DNA from: Chiloscyllium plagiosum
Lineage: Eukaryota
Direction: 5' to 3'
Assembly: GCF_004010195.1 (NCBI RefSeq)
Contig: NC_057753.1
Location: forward strand, 5,375,435 to 5,439,434
DNA: 64,000 nt
Position 1 is the first letter of the stretch. Every line of letters starts with the position of its first letter. A model generated the notes under the pieces. The model made no database searches and was not told where the DNA came from. It saw nothing but the letters and a program-made list of their open reading frames with translations. Positions 1 to 10,096 of this stretch are shown piece after piece. Made by a program: the position numbers and the translations under genes.

Positions 1-555
1 GCCAGTTGTCTCCAAATGGCTAGTTCTCCCTGTATTTCGTGAGATCTAAACTTGCTAATCAGTCTTCTATGGGGAACCTTGTCGAACACCTTACTGAAGT
101 CCATATAGATCACATCAATATGCCCTCAATCTTCTTTGTTACTTCTTCAAAAAACTCAATCAAGTTTGAGAGTCATGATCTCCCTCGCACAAAGCCATGT
201 TGACTATCCCAAATCAGTCCTTGCCTTTCCAAATACATGTACATCCTGTCCCTCAGGATTCCCTCCAACAACTTGCCCACCACCGAAGTCAGGCTCACCG
301 GTCTATAGTTCCCTGGCTTGTCTTTACCACCCTTCTTAAACAGTAGCACACGTTTTCCAACCTCCAGTCTTCCGGCACCTCACCTGTGACTATCGATGAT
401 ACAAATATCTCAGCAAGAGGCCCAGCAATCACTTCTCTAGCTTCCCACAGAGTTCTCGGGTACATCTGATTAGGTCCTGGGGATTTATCTACCTGTAACT
501 GTTTCAAGACATCCAACACTTCCTATTGTGTAATCTGGACATTTTGCAAGATGGT
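1..555 (-). mobile_element. CR1-clade LINE ORF2 fragment
   Basis: ORF 295..519(-) 'VDKSPGPNQMYPRTLWEAREVIAGPLAEIF...GEVPEDWR' matches the CR1 pre-RT motif. Confidence 0.85.
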
Positions 556-582
556 TGAGTTTAGGAAAAAAGATAAAAAAAT

Positions 583-1140
583 CAACAACACCAGGTTATA
601 GTCCAACTGCTTTATTTGGAAGTACTAGCTTTGAGAGCACTGCTCCTTCGTCAGGTGGCGAGTAGGGCAGGATCATAAAACACAGTATTTACAGCATAAG
701 ATTATATGCTGTAACTTCTTTCAAATCACATTCCCAAGATAATTTAAGGTTTTATTAAAAAAAAGTGACATCTCAGCTCAGACATTGCATTAAAGGTGAG
801 TCACTTTTCCAAAATAAAACCTTAGTTATCTCAGGAATATGACTTGAAAGAAGAAGATCTGCGATTTACATATTAATGAGCCGACAACTGCAACCCATCC
901 TAAAAGATGGGAGACCCAACAGCAATCTAGGTGTGTTGATTATGTCATTTTAATTGCATGACACGATGATCTTGCCCTCTCAGTTCTGTGTCTTACGATC
1001 CTGCCCCACCAACTACCTGACGAAGGAGCAGCGCTCCGAAAGCTAGTACTTCCAAATAAACCTGTTGGACTGTAACCTGGCGTTGAGAGATTTTTAAAAA
1101 CTTTGTCCAGCCCAGGCCAAAAGCGGCACCTCCTCATCAT
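583..1140. mobile_element. Non-autonomous PLE-derived fold-back element (family A termini, inverted)
   Basis: 583-700 is the reverse complement of ~980-1090 (aaacctgttggactataacctggtgttg plus hammerhead motif). Confidence 0.7.
1014..1048 (+). ncRNA. Minimal type-I hammerhead ribozyme motif (family A)
   Basis: tac-CTGACGA-a-GGAGC/agc/GCTCC-GAAA-GCT-A-gta: catalytic core, stem II, palindromic AGCT stem III, stem I tac/gta. Confidence 0.7.
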
Positions 1141-1194
1141 AATTTGGGAAAAGCAACGGGACATTGCCCACCACTGCAGCCACCGGGCTCCAGC

Positions 1195-1330
1195 TCACGA
1201 TCAGTGATTGACAGCAGATTGGCACCAATAGGAAGAGCGCCTGGAGGACTAGGAGTCCTCCAACCAATCAGCTTGAAGGCTAGCGGCAGGACGCAGCTCC
1301 CACTGCGCATGTGTGCTGCCGCGCGCCGCC
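1195..1330 (-). promoter_or_regulatory. Leftward arm of a CpG-rich bidirectional promoter
   Basis: TGATTGACAG 1205-1214, CCAAT 1225-1229 and ~1264, TGGAGGAC/GTCCTCCA inverted repeat ~1242-1262, NRF1-like TGCGCATG ~1304. Confidence 0.6.
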
Positions 1331-1559
1331 CTTCGGCGGCCGGTTGATGGGGCCTAAAAATCCGAGCGAAGCCCGTGTAGTAGCAGCAGCAACAGCTGTT
1401 GACGTCGCCGCATCTGAAAGTGGCACTGCCAGGTTTCGAGGTTAGAAAAAAAATGGTTCAGTAGATTCACGGAGCGTCAAGCACCCACCCACCTTGCCTT
1501 ACCTTTCTCGTTTCCTCAGGCGGGGTTTCCCCACTGTTTCCGACGGCGGCGCTGTCACT

Positions 1560-1850
1560 ACTACGCATGCGCTGGAGCAAACGCAGTGATGCAGCGTTAT
1601 CAGCCAAAGACGGAGCACCGAGGTCTGCCCGCCCTCTCATTCACTCCCATTGGTTGGAGGACCAACCGCCGCCGCTCTGTACTCCAGCCCCACCGCTTTG
1701 TTCACTCCCATTGGTTAGAGGACCATCCGACGCAGCTCTGTCCTCCAGGCCCGCCCCCTCATTCATTCCCATTGGTTGGAGGACCAGCCTCACGCGCTCG
1801 GTCTTCCAGTCCCGCCCCCATATTCACACCCATTGGTTGGAGGACCCCAG
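1560..1850 (+). promoter_or_regulatory. Promoter array of 61-bp CCAAT/GC-box units, part 1
   Basis: ATTGG at 1649, 1710, 1771, 1832 (exact 61-bp period); CCGCCC GC boxes; NRF1-like CGCATGCG ~1564. Confidence 0.7.
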
Positions 1851-3097
1851 CAATGCGTGTCTTTGTTGGCTACTTAGAACAGTCCATCCCCCGTAGTTAC
1901 ACCGGCACCACTCCCCACCTCTTCCTCTGCCACATTGATGACTGCAGTGGCGCCACCTCGTGCAGGACCCCAGCAATGCGTGTCTTTGTTGGCTACTTAG
2001 AACAGTCCATCCCCCGTAGTTACACCGGCACCACTCCCCCTCTTCCTCTGCCACATTGATGACTGCAGTGGCGCCACCTCGTGCTCCAGCGAGGAGGTTG
2101 AGCAATTCATCAACTTCACCAACACATTCCACCCCGACCTTTAATTTACCTGGACCATCTCTGACACCTCCCTCCCTGGACCTCTCCATCTCCATTAATG
2201 ACGACGGACTTGACACTGAAATTTTTTTACAAACCCACCGACTCCCACAGCTACCTGGATTACACCTCTTCCCACCCTACCTCCTGCAAAAATGCCATCC
2301 CGTATTCCCAATTCCTCCGCCTCCACCGTTTCTGCTCCCAGGAGGACCGGTTCCACCACCTCCCATCCTGGCACCTTCCCCTGCCACCACAGAAATTGCA
2401 AACCTGCGCCCACACCTCCTCCCTCACCTCCATTCAAGGCCCCAAAGGAGCCTTCCACATCCATCAAAGTTTTACCTCACATCCACCAACACCATTTATT
2501 GTATCCGTTGCTCCCGATGCAGTCTCCTCTACATTGGGGAGACTGAATGCCTCCTAGCAGAGCGCTTTAGGGAACATCTCTGGGACACCTGCACCAATCA
2601 ACCCCACCGCCCTGTGGTCCAACATTTCAATTCCCTCTCCTACTCAGCCGAGGACATGCAGGTCCTGGGCCTCTTCCACCGCCACCCCTCACACTCGACG
2701 CCTAGAGGAAGAATGCCTCATCTTCCATCTCGGAACACTTCAAACCCAGGGCATCAATGTGGACTTCACCAGTTTCCTCATTTCCTGTTCCCTCACCTCA
2801 CCCCAGTTCCAACCTTCCAGCTCAGCACTGTTCCCATGACCTGTCTATCTTCCTTTCCACTTATCCACTCCACCTTCCTCTCTGACCTATCACCTCCATG
2901 CCACCCCCATTCACCTATTGTACTCTATGCTATCTTCACCCCAGCCCTACCCCTCTCATTTATCTCTGCACCCTGCCTCTATTCCTTTTGCCCGAAACAT
3001 CGATTTTCCTGCTCCTCGGATGCTGCTTGACCTGCTGTACTTTTCCAGCACCACTCTAATCTAGACTCTGGTTTCCAGCATCTGCGGTCCTTATTTT
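1841..3097 (+). mobile_element. Penelope-like element, 5'-truncated (RT C-terminus, GIY-YIG endonuclease, 3' terminus)
   Basis: 'FYKPTDSHSYLDYTSSHPTSCKNAIPYSQFLRL' (RT thumb) and 'IYCIRCSRCSLLYIGET...AERFREH' (GIY-YIG); frameshifted; family-B terminus ~2985-3097. Confidence 0.9.
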
Positions 3098-3099
3098 TA

Positions 3100-3410
3100 C
3101 CCGGACCAACAGCTGCAGCTCGGTCCTCCAGCCATACCCGCCCCTTTATTCACTCGCATTGGCTGGAGGACCAACCGCCGCAGATTAGTCCTCCAGCCCC
3201 GCCCCTCATTTGCCCCACCTTCCACTTGATTGGAGGACGAACCGCTACAACAGTTTGATGTTCCAGCTCCGACCTTCATTCATTCCCATTGGTTGGAGGA
3301 CCAGTCTCTCTTGATTGGTCCTTCATCGCCCCCCCTCACCAATTTCCGATTGGCACCCCGCCCCTACCCACCCCCCCCCCCCCGGCTGCCTTCAAGCAAC
3401 CCGGACTCCT
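3100..3410 (+). promoter_or_regulatory. Promoter array of CCAAT/GC-box units, part 2
   Basis: cattggctggaggacc ~3157, cattggttggaggacc ~3287; CTGGAGGAC..GTCCTCCAG inverted repeat; GC boxes. Confidence 0.65.
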
Positions 3411-3416
3411 GAGCGT

Positions 3417-3528
3417 AGAGCTCATGGGTTGCAGTGTTAGTGTCCTTACCGCTGAGCCAGGAGGTTAGAGTTCAAATTCCACCTGATCCGAAGGTGTGTA
3501 ATTGCATCCCTGAACAGGTTGATATTAA
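3417..3528 (+). mobile_element. Short tRNA-derived SINE
   Basis: A-box-like and B-box-like (agttcaaattcc) motifs; same family at 51215-51745. Confidence 0.55.
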
Positions 3529-4339
3529 TTTTGACAGGGTTCGTGTGGAGCAAGACGAGTCCCGTTGTTAGGGAATATAGCAAATGCTGGAGATCACAGC
3601 GGGTCAGACAGACCCCATGACGTTGAAGAGCATATGTCCGAAACATCGACTGGCTGCTCCTTGGATGCTGCCTGACCTGCTGTGCTTTTCCAGCACCGCA
3701 CCTATCGACTCAGCACCCATGAAGTGTCATATTATACCCAAAATGTTAGCTTGCTCTCTCTCTCAATGGATGTTGTCTGACTTGCTGTGATCTTGCTGTA
3801 CCGTTTTCGGTACAGATTCCAGCATCTGTAGTAATTTGCTGCTATTGCACACCAAGATTTGGACAAGCTTTCAGAGCGCTACTCCTTCGTCAGATAACTG
3901 GTGAGGCAGGATCATAGGACACAGTATTTATAGTAAAAGATCCAAGTGTCCTACCACTTTATACTCACAAGCATACACATACACACTCTCTCACAAACAC
4001 TCACACCTCTCCCCACTCACAAACCCACATGCACACATAAATATAAGTTTGTGAGGTGAATTTGTCCTTGCAGAATTACATTTTATTTTACTCAAAAACT
4101 GCACGAATCCATGTAAGATTCCGCAAATCCCTTTTTTAGAAATAGAACCAGTCTGAACGTTGAGGCGCAGACAGTTTAACCTCACACCTTCAATGCATTA
4201 TCTGAGCTGACATGGCATCTGTTGTTAAAGTTCACTTGAGAATGTAAATTAAAAAGTTCTGGGATAACATACAGAAGAAATGAAATCAACAAGATCATTT
4301 TTTTTTAAATGAAAGACTTAACAAACAATCCAGGTTATA

Positions 4340-4622
4340 GATAAGATTCCCTGCAGTGTGAAAACAGGCTGTTTAGCCCAACCCCATCCTCAAAGAGTAA
4401 CCCACCCAGACCCATTTCCTTACATTTACCCCTGACAAATGCACCCAACACTATGGGCAATTTAGCATAGCTAAGTCACCTGATCTGCACATCTTTGTGG
4501 AAAGAAACCCACCCAGATACGGGGAGAATGTGCAAACTCCACATGGATAGTGGCCCAAAGCAGGAATTGAACCTAGATCCCTGGCTCTGTGAGGTAGTAA
4601 TGCTAACCACTGAGCCACTGTG
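4340..4622 (-). mobile_element. HE1-like tRNA-derived V-SINE
   Basis: tRNA-like head, V-domain GTGGAGTTTGCACATTCTCCCCGT, CR1-like tail. Confidence 0.8.
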
Positions 4623-4696
4623 GTCTTTTCCAACATATCATTTCAGTTGCATCACAGTGTAAACTTGTGCCATAAATTCTGTTGTATTCCACGAAA

Positions 4697-4731
4697 TACC
4701 TGATGAAGGAGCAGCTCTCCGAAAGCTAGTG
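4697..4731 (+). ncRNA. Minimal hammerhead ribozyme motif (family A)
   Basis: tac-CTGATGA-a-GGAG..CTCC-GAAA-GCTA-gtg. Confidence 0.6.
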
Positions 4732-5145
4732 CTTCCAAATAAACCTGTTGGACTATAACCTGGTGTTGCATGGTTCTTAACTGATGTATTGAACAAAGAA
4801 TCGTTCCAAAAGCTTGTACTTGCCAATAAACCTGTTGGACTACAACCTGGTTTAGATCAGAGTGGTGCTGGAAAAGCACAGCAGGTCAGGCAGCATCCCG
4901 AGGAGCAGGAAAATCGACATTTCGGGCAAAAGCCCTTCATCACGAATAGCCTGACCTGCTGTGCTTTTCCAGCACCACTCTGATCTAAACTCTGGTTTCC
5001 AGCCTCTGCAGTCCTCACTTTTGCCTGGACTATAACCTGGTGTTGTGTGATTTTTAACTTGGTCCACTCCAGTCCAACATCATTATCAAGACTTGGGGTC
5101 GGGTGAAATCTGGATCAGTGGTGCTGGTGAAATCTACAGAGTAGG

Positions 5146-5310
5146 CAGCCCCGCCTCTCATTCGCACACTGGTTGGGGGAGCGAGCAGGCACAATGGAAT
5201 ATTGTCCCGCCTCCCATGTCCTATTGGTCGTGCCCGCCATCAATCACCCCGGGCATTGTGACGTTTCGCAGCTGCCTGGCAAGCAGGTAGGTCGGTCAGT
5301 GTGAGTGACA
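5146..5310 (+). promoter_or_regulatory. Proximal promoter and putative first exon of ZNF gene 1
   Basis: GC boxes, ATTGG 5223 with CCATCAATCA 5237-5246; donor candidates CAG|GTAGGT 5287 and GTGAGT 5301. Confidence 0.55.
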
Positions 5311-5669
5311 TTGATCAGATGTGAGGACCCTGTGACGAGGGGAGAAAGCGATTGCTATTCGTCTTATCCCCATTCTGCAAGCAGGAGCTCAAGAGATGAG
5401 CACAGCCAGCGTGGGAGAAAGCTGTGCGTGCAGAAATTGTGCAATGGGTTTGAACATCAGCCAGTCGTAAGAATGAGTGTTTGGGGTGTGGATTTACCCC
5501 ACCCCCCCTTTTTGTTGGGGAAGGAGAGGGAAAAAAAAGACGATCCATACAAACTGGAATTCCTACTTTCCATTGGCCACGAAGGGTTTTGTGTTCTGCT
5601 TTCCCCAAAAGGGATAATTTACGTCGCGCAGGCTTCTGGTTCGCTGACGTCGTTTAAAAAAGATGTTGG

Positions 5670-5835
5670 CAATCTTTACCCACTCTGGCCGACATGTGAT
5701 CCCAGACCCCAGGAATGTAGTCGACTCTTAACGGCCCTCTGGGTGATTAGGGATGGGCAATAAGTACAGCTCAAATAAATAAATACAGCCCAAGTTAGTG
5801 AAGCCCACATCCTGTGAATGAATTTTTAAAAAAAA
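5670..5835 (+). mobile_element. SINE 3' part with L2-type tail (DeuSINE-like)
   Basis: ...gactcttaacggccctctg..ttagggatgggcaataa..gcccacatcctgtgaatgaat(A)n; also at ~30090-30350, 31805-31950, 50840-51205. Confidence 0.6.
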
Positions 5836-6114
5836 ATGGATTCAATGGACTCCTTCTGCAATGTATCCATTCTTTGATTCAGTAAATTTACCGACAGGAG
5901 ACCTGTAACAAACTTTATAACAACATCTGACAATAACTCGATTTTTCAGGACCTGAATATAGAATGAGAAATGTTTGTTGAGAACATTTCAAACATCACT
6001 GTGACTTGAAAAGCACCGAGTCGCACTCAACGAGTGAGGATATTCCAATACTGTGATGGTGGTAGTTATACAGCCTGAGGAAGCATTGCACCGTTCTCAT
6101 TGTGGAGAATCTGA

Positions 6115-7029
6115 ATGCATGTTCTGTGCGTATACAAGGCTTCAGCTGATCGTCCGACCAAGGGCACCCACATCATGGAGAAACTGTGTAAGTGTGGGGA
6201 TTGTGGGAAGGGATTTAATTACCCCTCTCAGTTAGAATACCATCGACGCAGTCATGTTGGAGCAGGCATCATGGAGAAACCGTGGAAATGTGCAGATTGT
6301 GGTAAGGCATTCAATTTTCCATGCCTACTGGAAATTCATTGTCGCAGTCACACTGGGGAGAAGCCATTCATTTGTTCCATATGTGGGAAGGGATTCGCTA
6401 AGTCAACCAATTTGCTGAGACACCAGCGAAATCATACGGACACGAAGCCTTTCAGTTGCACTTATTGTGGAAAGAGTTTTGGACAGTCCTCGAACCTCAC
6501 TGCACACCAGCGTGTTCACACCGGGGAGAGGCCATTCACCTGTCCCGAGTGTGGGAAGGGATTCACTCAGTCAGCCAGCCTCATGTTGCATCAGAGAATT
6601 CACACCGAGGAAAAGCCATTCAGCTGCAGCTATTGTGCAAAGAGGTTCAGGCAGTCTTCTGACCTTGCTGCACACCAGCGGGTTCACACTGGGGAGAAAC
6701 CGTTCACCTGCTCTGTGTGTGGGAAGGGATTCACCCATTCATCTGGCCTTTGGTCACACCAGCGGGTTCACACTGACGAGAAGCTGTTTGTTTGCACTTC
6801 CTGTGGAAAGAGGTTCAGACACTCTTCTGGCCTCACGGCACATCAGCGCACTCACACTGGCGAGAGGCCATTCACCTGCTTCCTGTGTGGCAAGAGATTC
6901 ACTCAGTTATCTCACCTGCTGGCACACCAGCGCGTTCACACCGGGGTGAAGCCGTTCACCTGCTCAGAGTGTGGTAAAGGATTCACTCAGTCCGCTCATC
7001 TGCTAACACACCAAAGAGTTCACACTTGA
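6115..7029 (+). CDS. C2H2 zinc-finger protein, 10 tandem fingers (ZNF gene 1); strong-Kozak alternative start at 6175
   Basis: Open 304-aa frame with CxxC-x12-HxxxH fingers and TGEKP-type linkers. Confidence 0.9.
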   Translation: MHVLCVYKASADRPTKGTHIMEKLCKCGDCGKGFNYPSQLEYHRRSHVGAGIMEKPWKCADCGKAFNFPCLLEIHCRSHTGEKPFICSICGKGFAKSTNLLRHQRNHTDTKPFSCTYCGKSFGQSSNLTAHQRVHTGERPFTCPECGKGFTQSASLMLHQRIHTEEKPFSCSYCAKRFRQSSDLAAHQRVHTGEKPFTCSVCGKGFTHSSGLWSHQRVHTDEKLFVCTSCGKRFRHSSGLTAHQRTHTGERPFTCFLCGKRFTQLSHLLAHQRVHTGVKPFTCSECGKGFTQSAHLLTHQRVHT

Positions 7030-7114
7030 GAGAAGCCGTTCACTTGCCCCGTGTGTGGGAAGGAATTCACTCAGTCACGATATCTGCTAAGACACCAGCG
7101 AAGTCGACAAGTGA
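7030..7114 (+). pseudogene. Vestigial 11th zinc finger after a premature TGA
   Basis: After the stop, the frame reads [24 protein letters not shown], then shifts. Confidence 0.8.
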
Positions 7115-7499
7115 CTACAGGTTTTGGACTCTGCTGTTATTCCTGCTGTAATCACATCTGCGATTGAAATTCTGATGGTATTAGTTTCGTTTCTGCTAAT
7201 ATTAACAATCCCCATAACTGACTAGAATTCTGGATGTGTCACCAAATTTCAGTGTCTCCTTTTAAAAGGACTACCTGCGATCTTCCCTCTTGATACAAGA
7301 AGTCTCACCAGGAACTAGTTTATAATAAAACTATGAACTTTCACTTCAATCCTAAATTGATCCTTGGTGCAAAGTTTGCGATCCAGTGACTGAAAGGTTC
7401 CACTGATCAACATCTCCGGTGACAAAGTGCTGATTAGTCCTTGCTGCCAAATCTTACTGACTGGCATATTCTTCACAGTCCCAACTCCTTGTGAAACTA

Positions 7500-8390
7500 A
7501 GTTATTGAGGCATGTAAAATAGTAAACTATTTCCCAGCTCCGCCAATCAAAGTTTCATCAGTCAAACTCGATAGTGATGACATTTGGAAGTTGTGGAGTT
7601 CAATCACTTCTGATGCAGCAGCAACATTTGGTAAATGTGGAATGTGCATCAAAGACTGGTTTGAGAGCTACTCATAAGAGATGAAATTTGTCACTGAAGC
7701 AAAAGGCAAAGCTGACCTAATGCTCAGCAGCTATTATACTGCACCCATTTGAAAGTAACCAGGATGATTGTGGAAGAAACAGGGAGGTTCTGTGCAAAGA
7801 ATCACTGGATTCTTTGTTCTATGTCAACAAATCAAAACTGTATGTGACAGTGGAAATTATGTGATATATCTGATGGGATCAAGAGGATACTTAGTTCAAT
7901 TCTCACCAAAATTGTCCCCTGAAATTGACAGATGTTGATGAAATCACCCACATAAGGATACAGACATCCTGCAGATTTGAACATGAGTGCAAACTGTACT
8001 CCTGTGAGATGGCCATCTCTCAAACTCTGTCAAAGCCTTTGCAGCTTTCAGTCATGGTTCATTTGGATGAGAAACCTTCATCGCTTGAGCTGGAGAAAGG
8101 CCATTGATTGCTTAGCAAACAGAAAGGTTCTCTGTGGCAAGGATGGCATTTGAACTTCAAGCACAGGACGTCCGACCTGTTGCTGCACATTCACGATCTC
8201 ATCCTCCTGTGCTGGTACATAGGACCTGTTCCATAGGATACAACAAAAGGCTGTCACAATATATACAAAAGCAGACTGAGTGTATCGAGGAGCAGAGTGC
8301 AGTTTCTGTGCTACCAAATCGACAGCGGACCCAATCATCTCCATGTACCAGATACAAGAGAAGTGCCCAATTGGCATTTAAGCTTGAACA
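7500..8390 (+). mobile_element. Degraded RTE-clade LINE ORF fragment
   Basis: Pieces 'AAATFGKCGMCIKDWFESYS*EMKFVTEAKGKA', 'DGIKR', 'HLDEKPSSLELEKAIDCLAN..GKDGI' resemble the RTE endonuclease-RT linker. Confidence 0.65.
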
Positions 8391-8994
8391 CTGCCCGGCT
8401 TCTGTGCAGAAACAAATGAAATGTGAGAATCAATGAGTGAAAGCAGACATTTTTGGGTGAAGTACAACTTACTTTTATAGTTGCGAAAGGCACTGAGGAG
8501 TTTCATTCCCAATAGATGGCTTTCAACTTGAAGTTCACAAACTGGAGCTAGCGCCACCTCCTTTTGCACTTTTTGGTGTAAGAAGGTTGAAGTTTGTGTT
8601 AAACTGTGAAAGCCAACTTTTTTTTTAGTTGTATTTTCCTTCACTCTTATTATAGTCCTTTTAGAAAGGCAGCTGAGGAAAGAACAAAAGGGTAAATTTG
8701 GAGAATAGCTAAAGAAAAGTACCAAAAGGATTGGAGAGACAAAGTTTCTCAAAAAGGTATTTTCAACATCTTTGAGCTGAAAGGAAAGTTAAGCAAATTG
8801 ATAACATTATGCATGTTTCTCAATGGTTGCTTGCCCTTTTGCAAAGAGGTTGATGGTTTCCAATGAGAAGTAATGAATGAAAGACTTCTAAAGGTTTAGT
8901 TTAGTTATCTTTCAAGACAAGCGCTTAGGAACAGCAGAGATGGGTATTTTCTCCAAAGTGATTGCATGTATGTCTGTCTGTGATCTACAAAGGC

Positions 8995-9700
8995 TAGATT
9001 CATATGGACCAGGAGAGGCCCTTTGACCATCGATTCTGTCCTGCCATAACCATGCTAAATCTGTACTTGTCCCACTTTCCTGCACTAGGCCACAACCTTT
9101 GAACATTATGACACTTCAAGTGTTCATCCAAGTACTTTTTAAAAACTGTGAGGTGACCCAGCTCAACTGTCCTTGAGTTGCACCAGGCAGTGCATTCCAC
9201 CACCCTCTGCATGGAAAAAATGTTTTTCACAAATCCCTCTCTACATTTTGTCTGACACCTTAAAACACATTATTGACCCTTCAACTGCTGTCCACCCCAT
9301 CCCATAGTCTTATACATCATAGTCAGGCTCCCTGCCTCAGCTCTGACAAAAGCAACCTAACCCCATGCGGCTAAAATTTCTCCGTGTCAGGCAACATCCT
9401 GGCGAACTTCCTCTGCACTGATCGCTCTCCAGTGTAATCGCATCCATCTGACCGTGTGGGGACCAGAACTGCACATGGTACTCCAGCTGTGTCTTTGCCA
9501 AAATCCTGTACAGTTCCAACTTGACCTCAATGCTCTCGTAATATACGCTGTGAATGATAAAGGCGAGCGTATTATATGCTGCCTGAACTACCCTGTAAAC
9601 CTACCCTACGACCCTCAGGGATTTGTGGACAAGCTCCCAATATCCCGGTGTTTCTCTGCGCTTCCACGTTTCCGACCATCCATTGAGTACTACTTGGTAC
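8995..9700 (-). mobile_element. CR1 LINE 3' fragment
   Basis: 'LYRILAKTQLEYHVQFWSPH', 'VFKKYLDEHL'. Confidence 0.75.
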
Positions 9701-10096
9701 AAATACTAAATTGTCCAGTAAATTTCCTCCAGCAACCTTGAGGATGGTAACTAAAGGGACGCCCCATTGAAAACAAAAGCTAAAGGGAATCGCACCAGCA
9801 AATGGAAGTTGGTGTATTCACAGGAATTTAGCAATCCAGTATCTGTGTACATTCTGTCCAAATTCAGGAGAGTGTAGCTCAGATTCATCTGAATATGTCT
9901 GTATCTTCACCTCTAAACTTGTTAAGAAGTTGAATTTAATCACCTGTCCACCATCACATCCTGACATGGGGAGATTAGCAAAGCTTTTCAGACAGATATT
10001 TCCTTGATCTTTTGATAAGACCACCCGAAAGTCCAAGAGTGGCTTGACTCAGATGGTAAATAGAGCATGATTTATGTACATGTGGGTGTGGTGTTA

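Larger units (their letters stand above)
3866..4775. mobile_element. Family A PLE-derived fold-back element with a nested SINE
   Basis: Minus hammerhead remnant ~3866-3897 and plus copy 4697-4731; CA-rich interior as at 39860-40075. Confidence 0.6.

Noticed and set aside
7027..7032. Programmed readthrough or selenocysteine at TGA
   Set aside because: The context TGA-GAG is not a known leaky motif, the downstream finger is itself broken, and no SECIS was recognised
8549..8567. CTCF site TAGCGCCACCT
   Set aside because: Only half of the consensus matches
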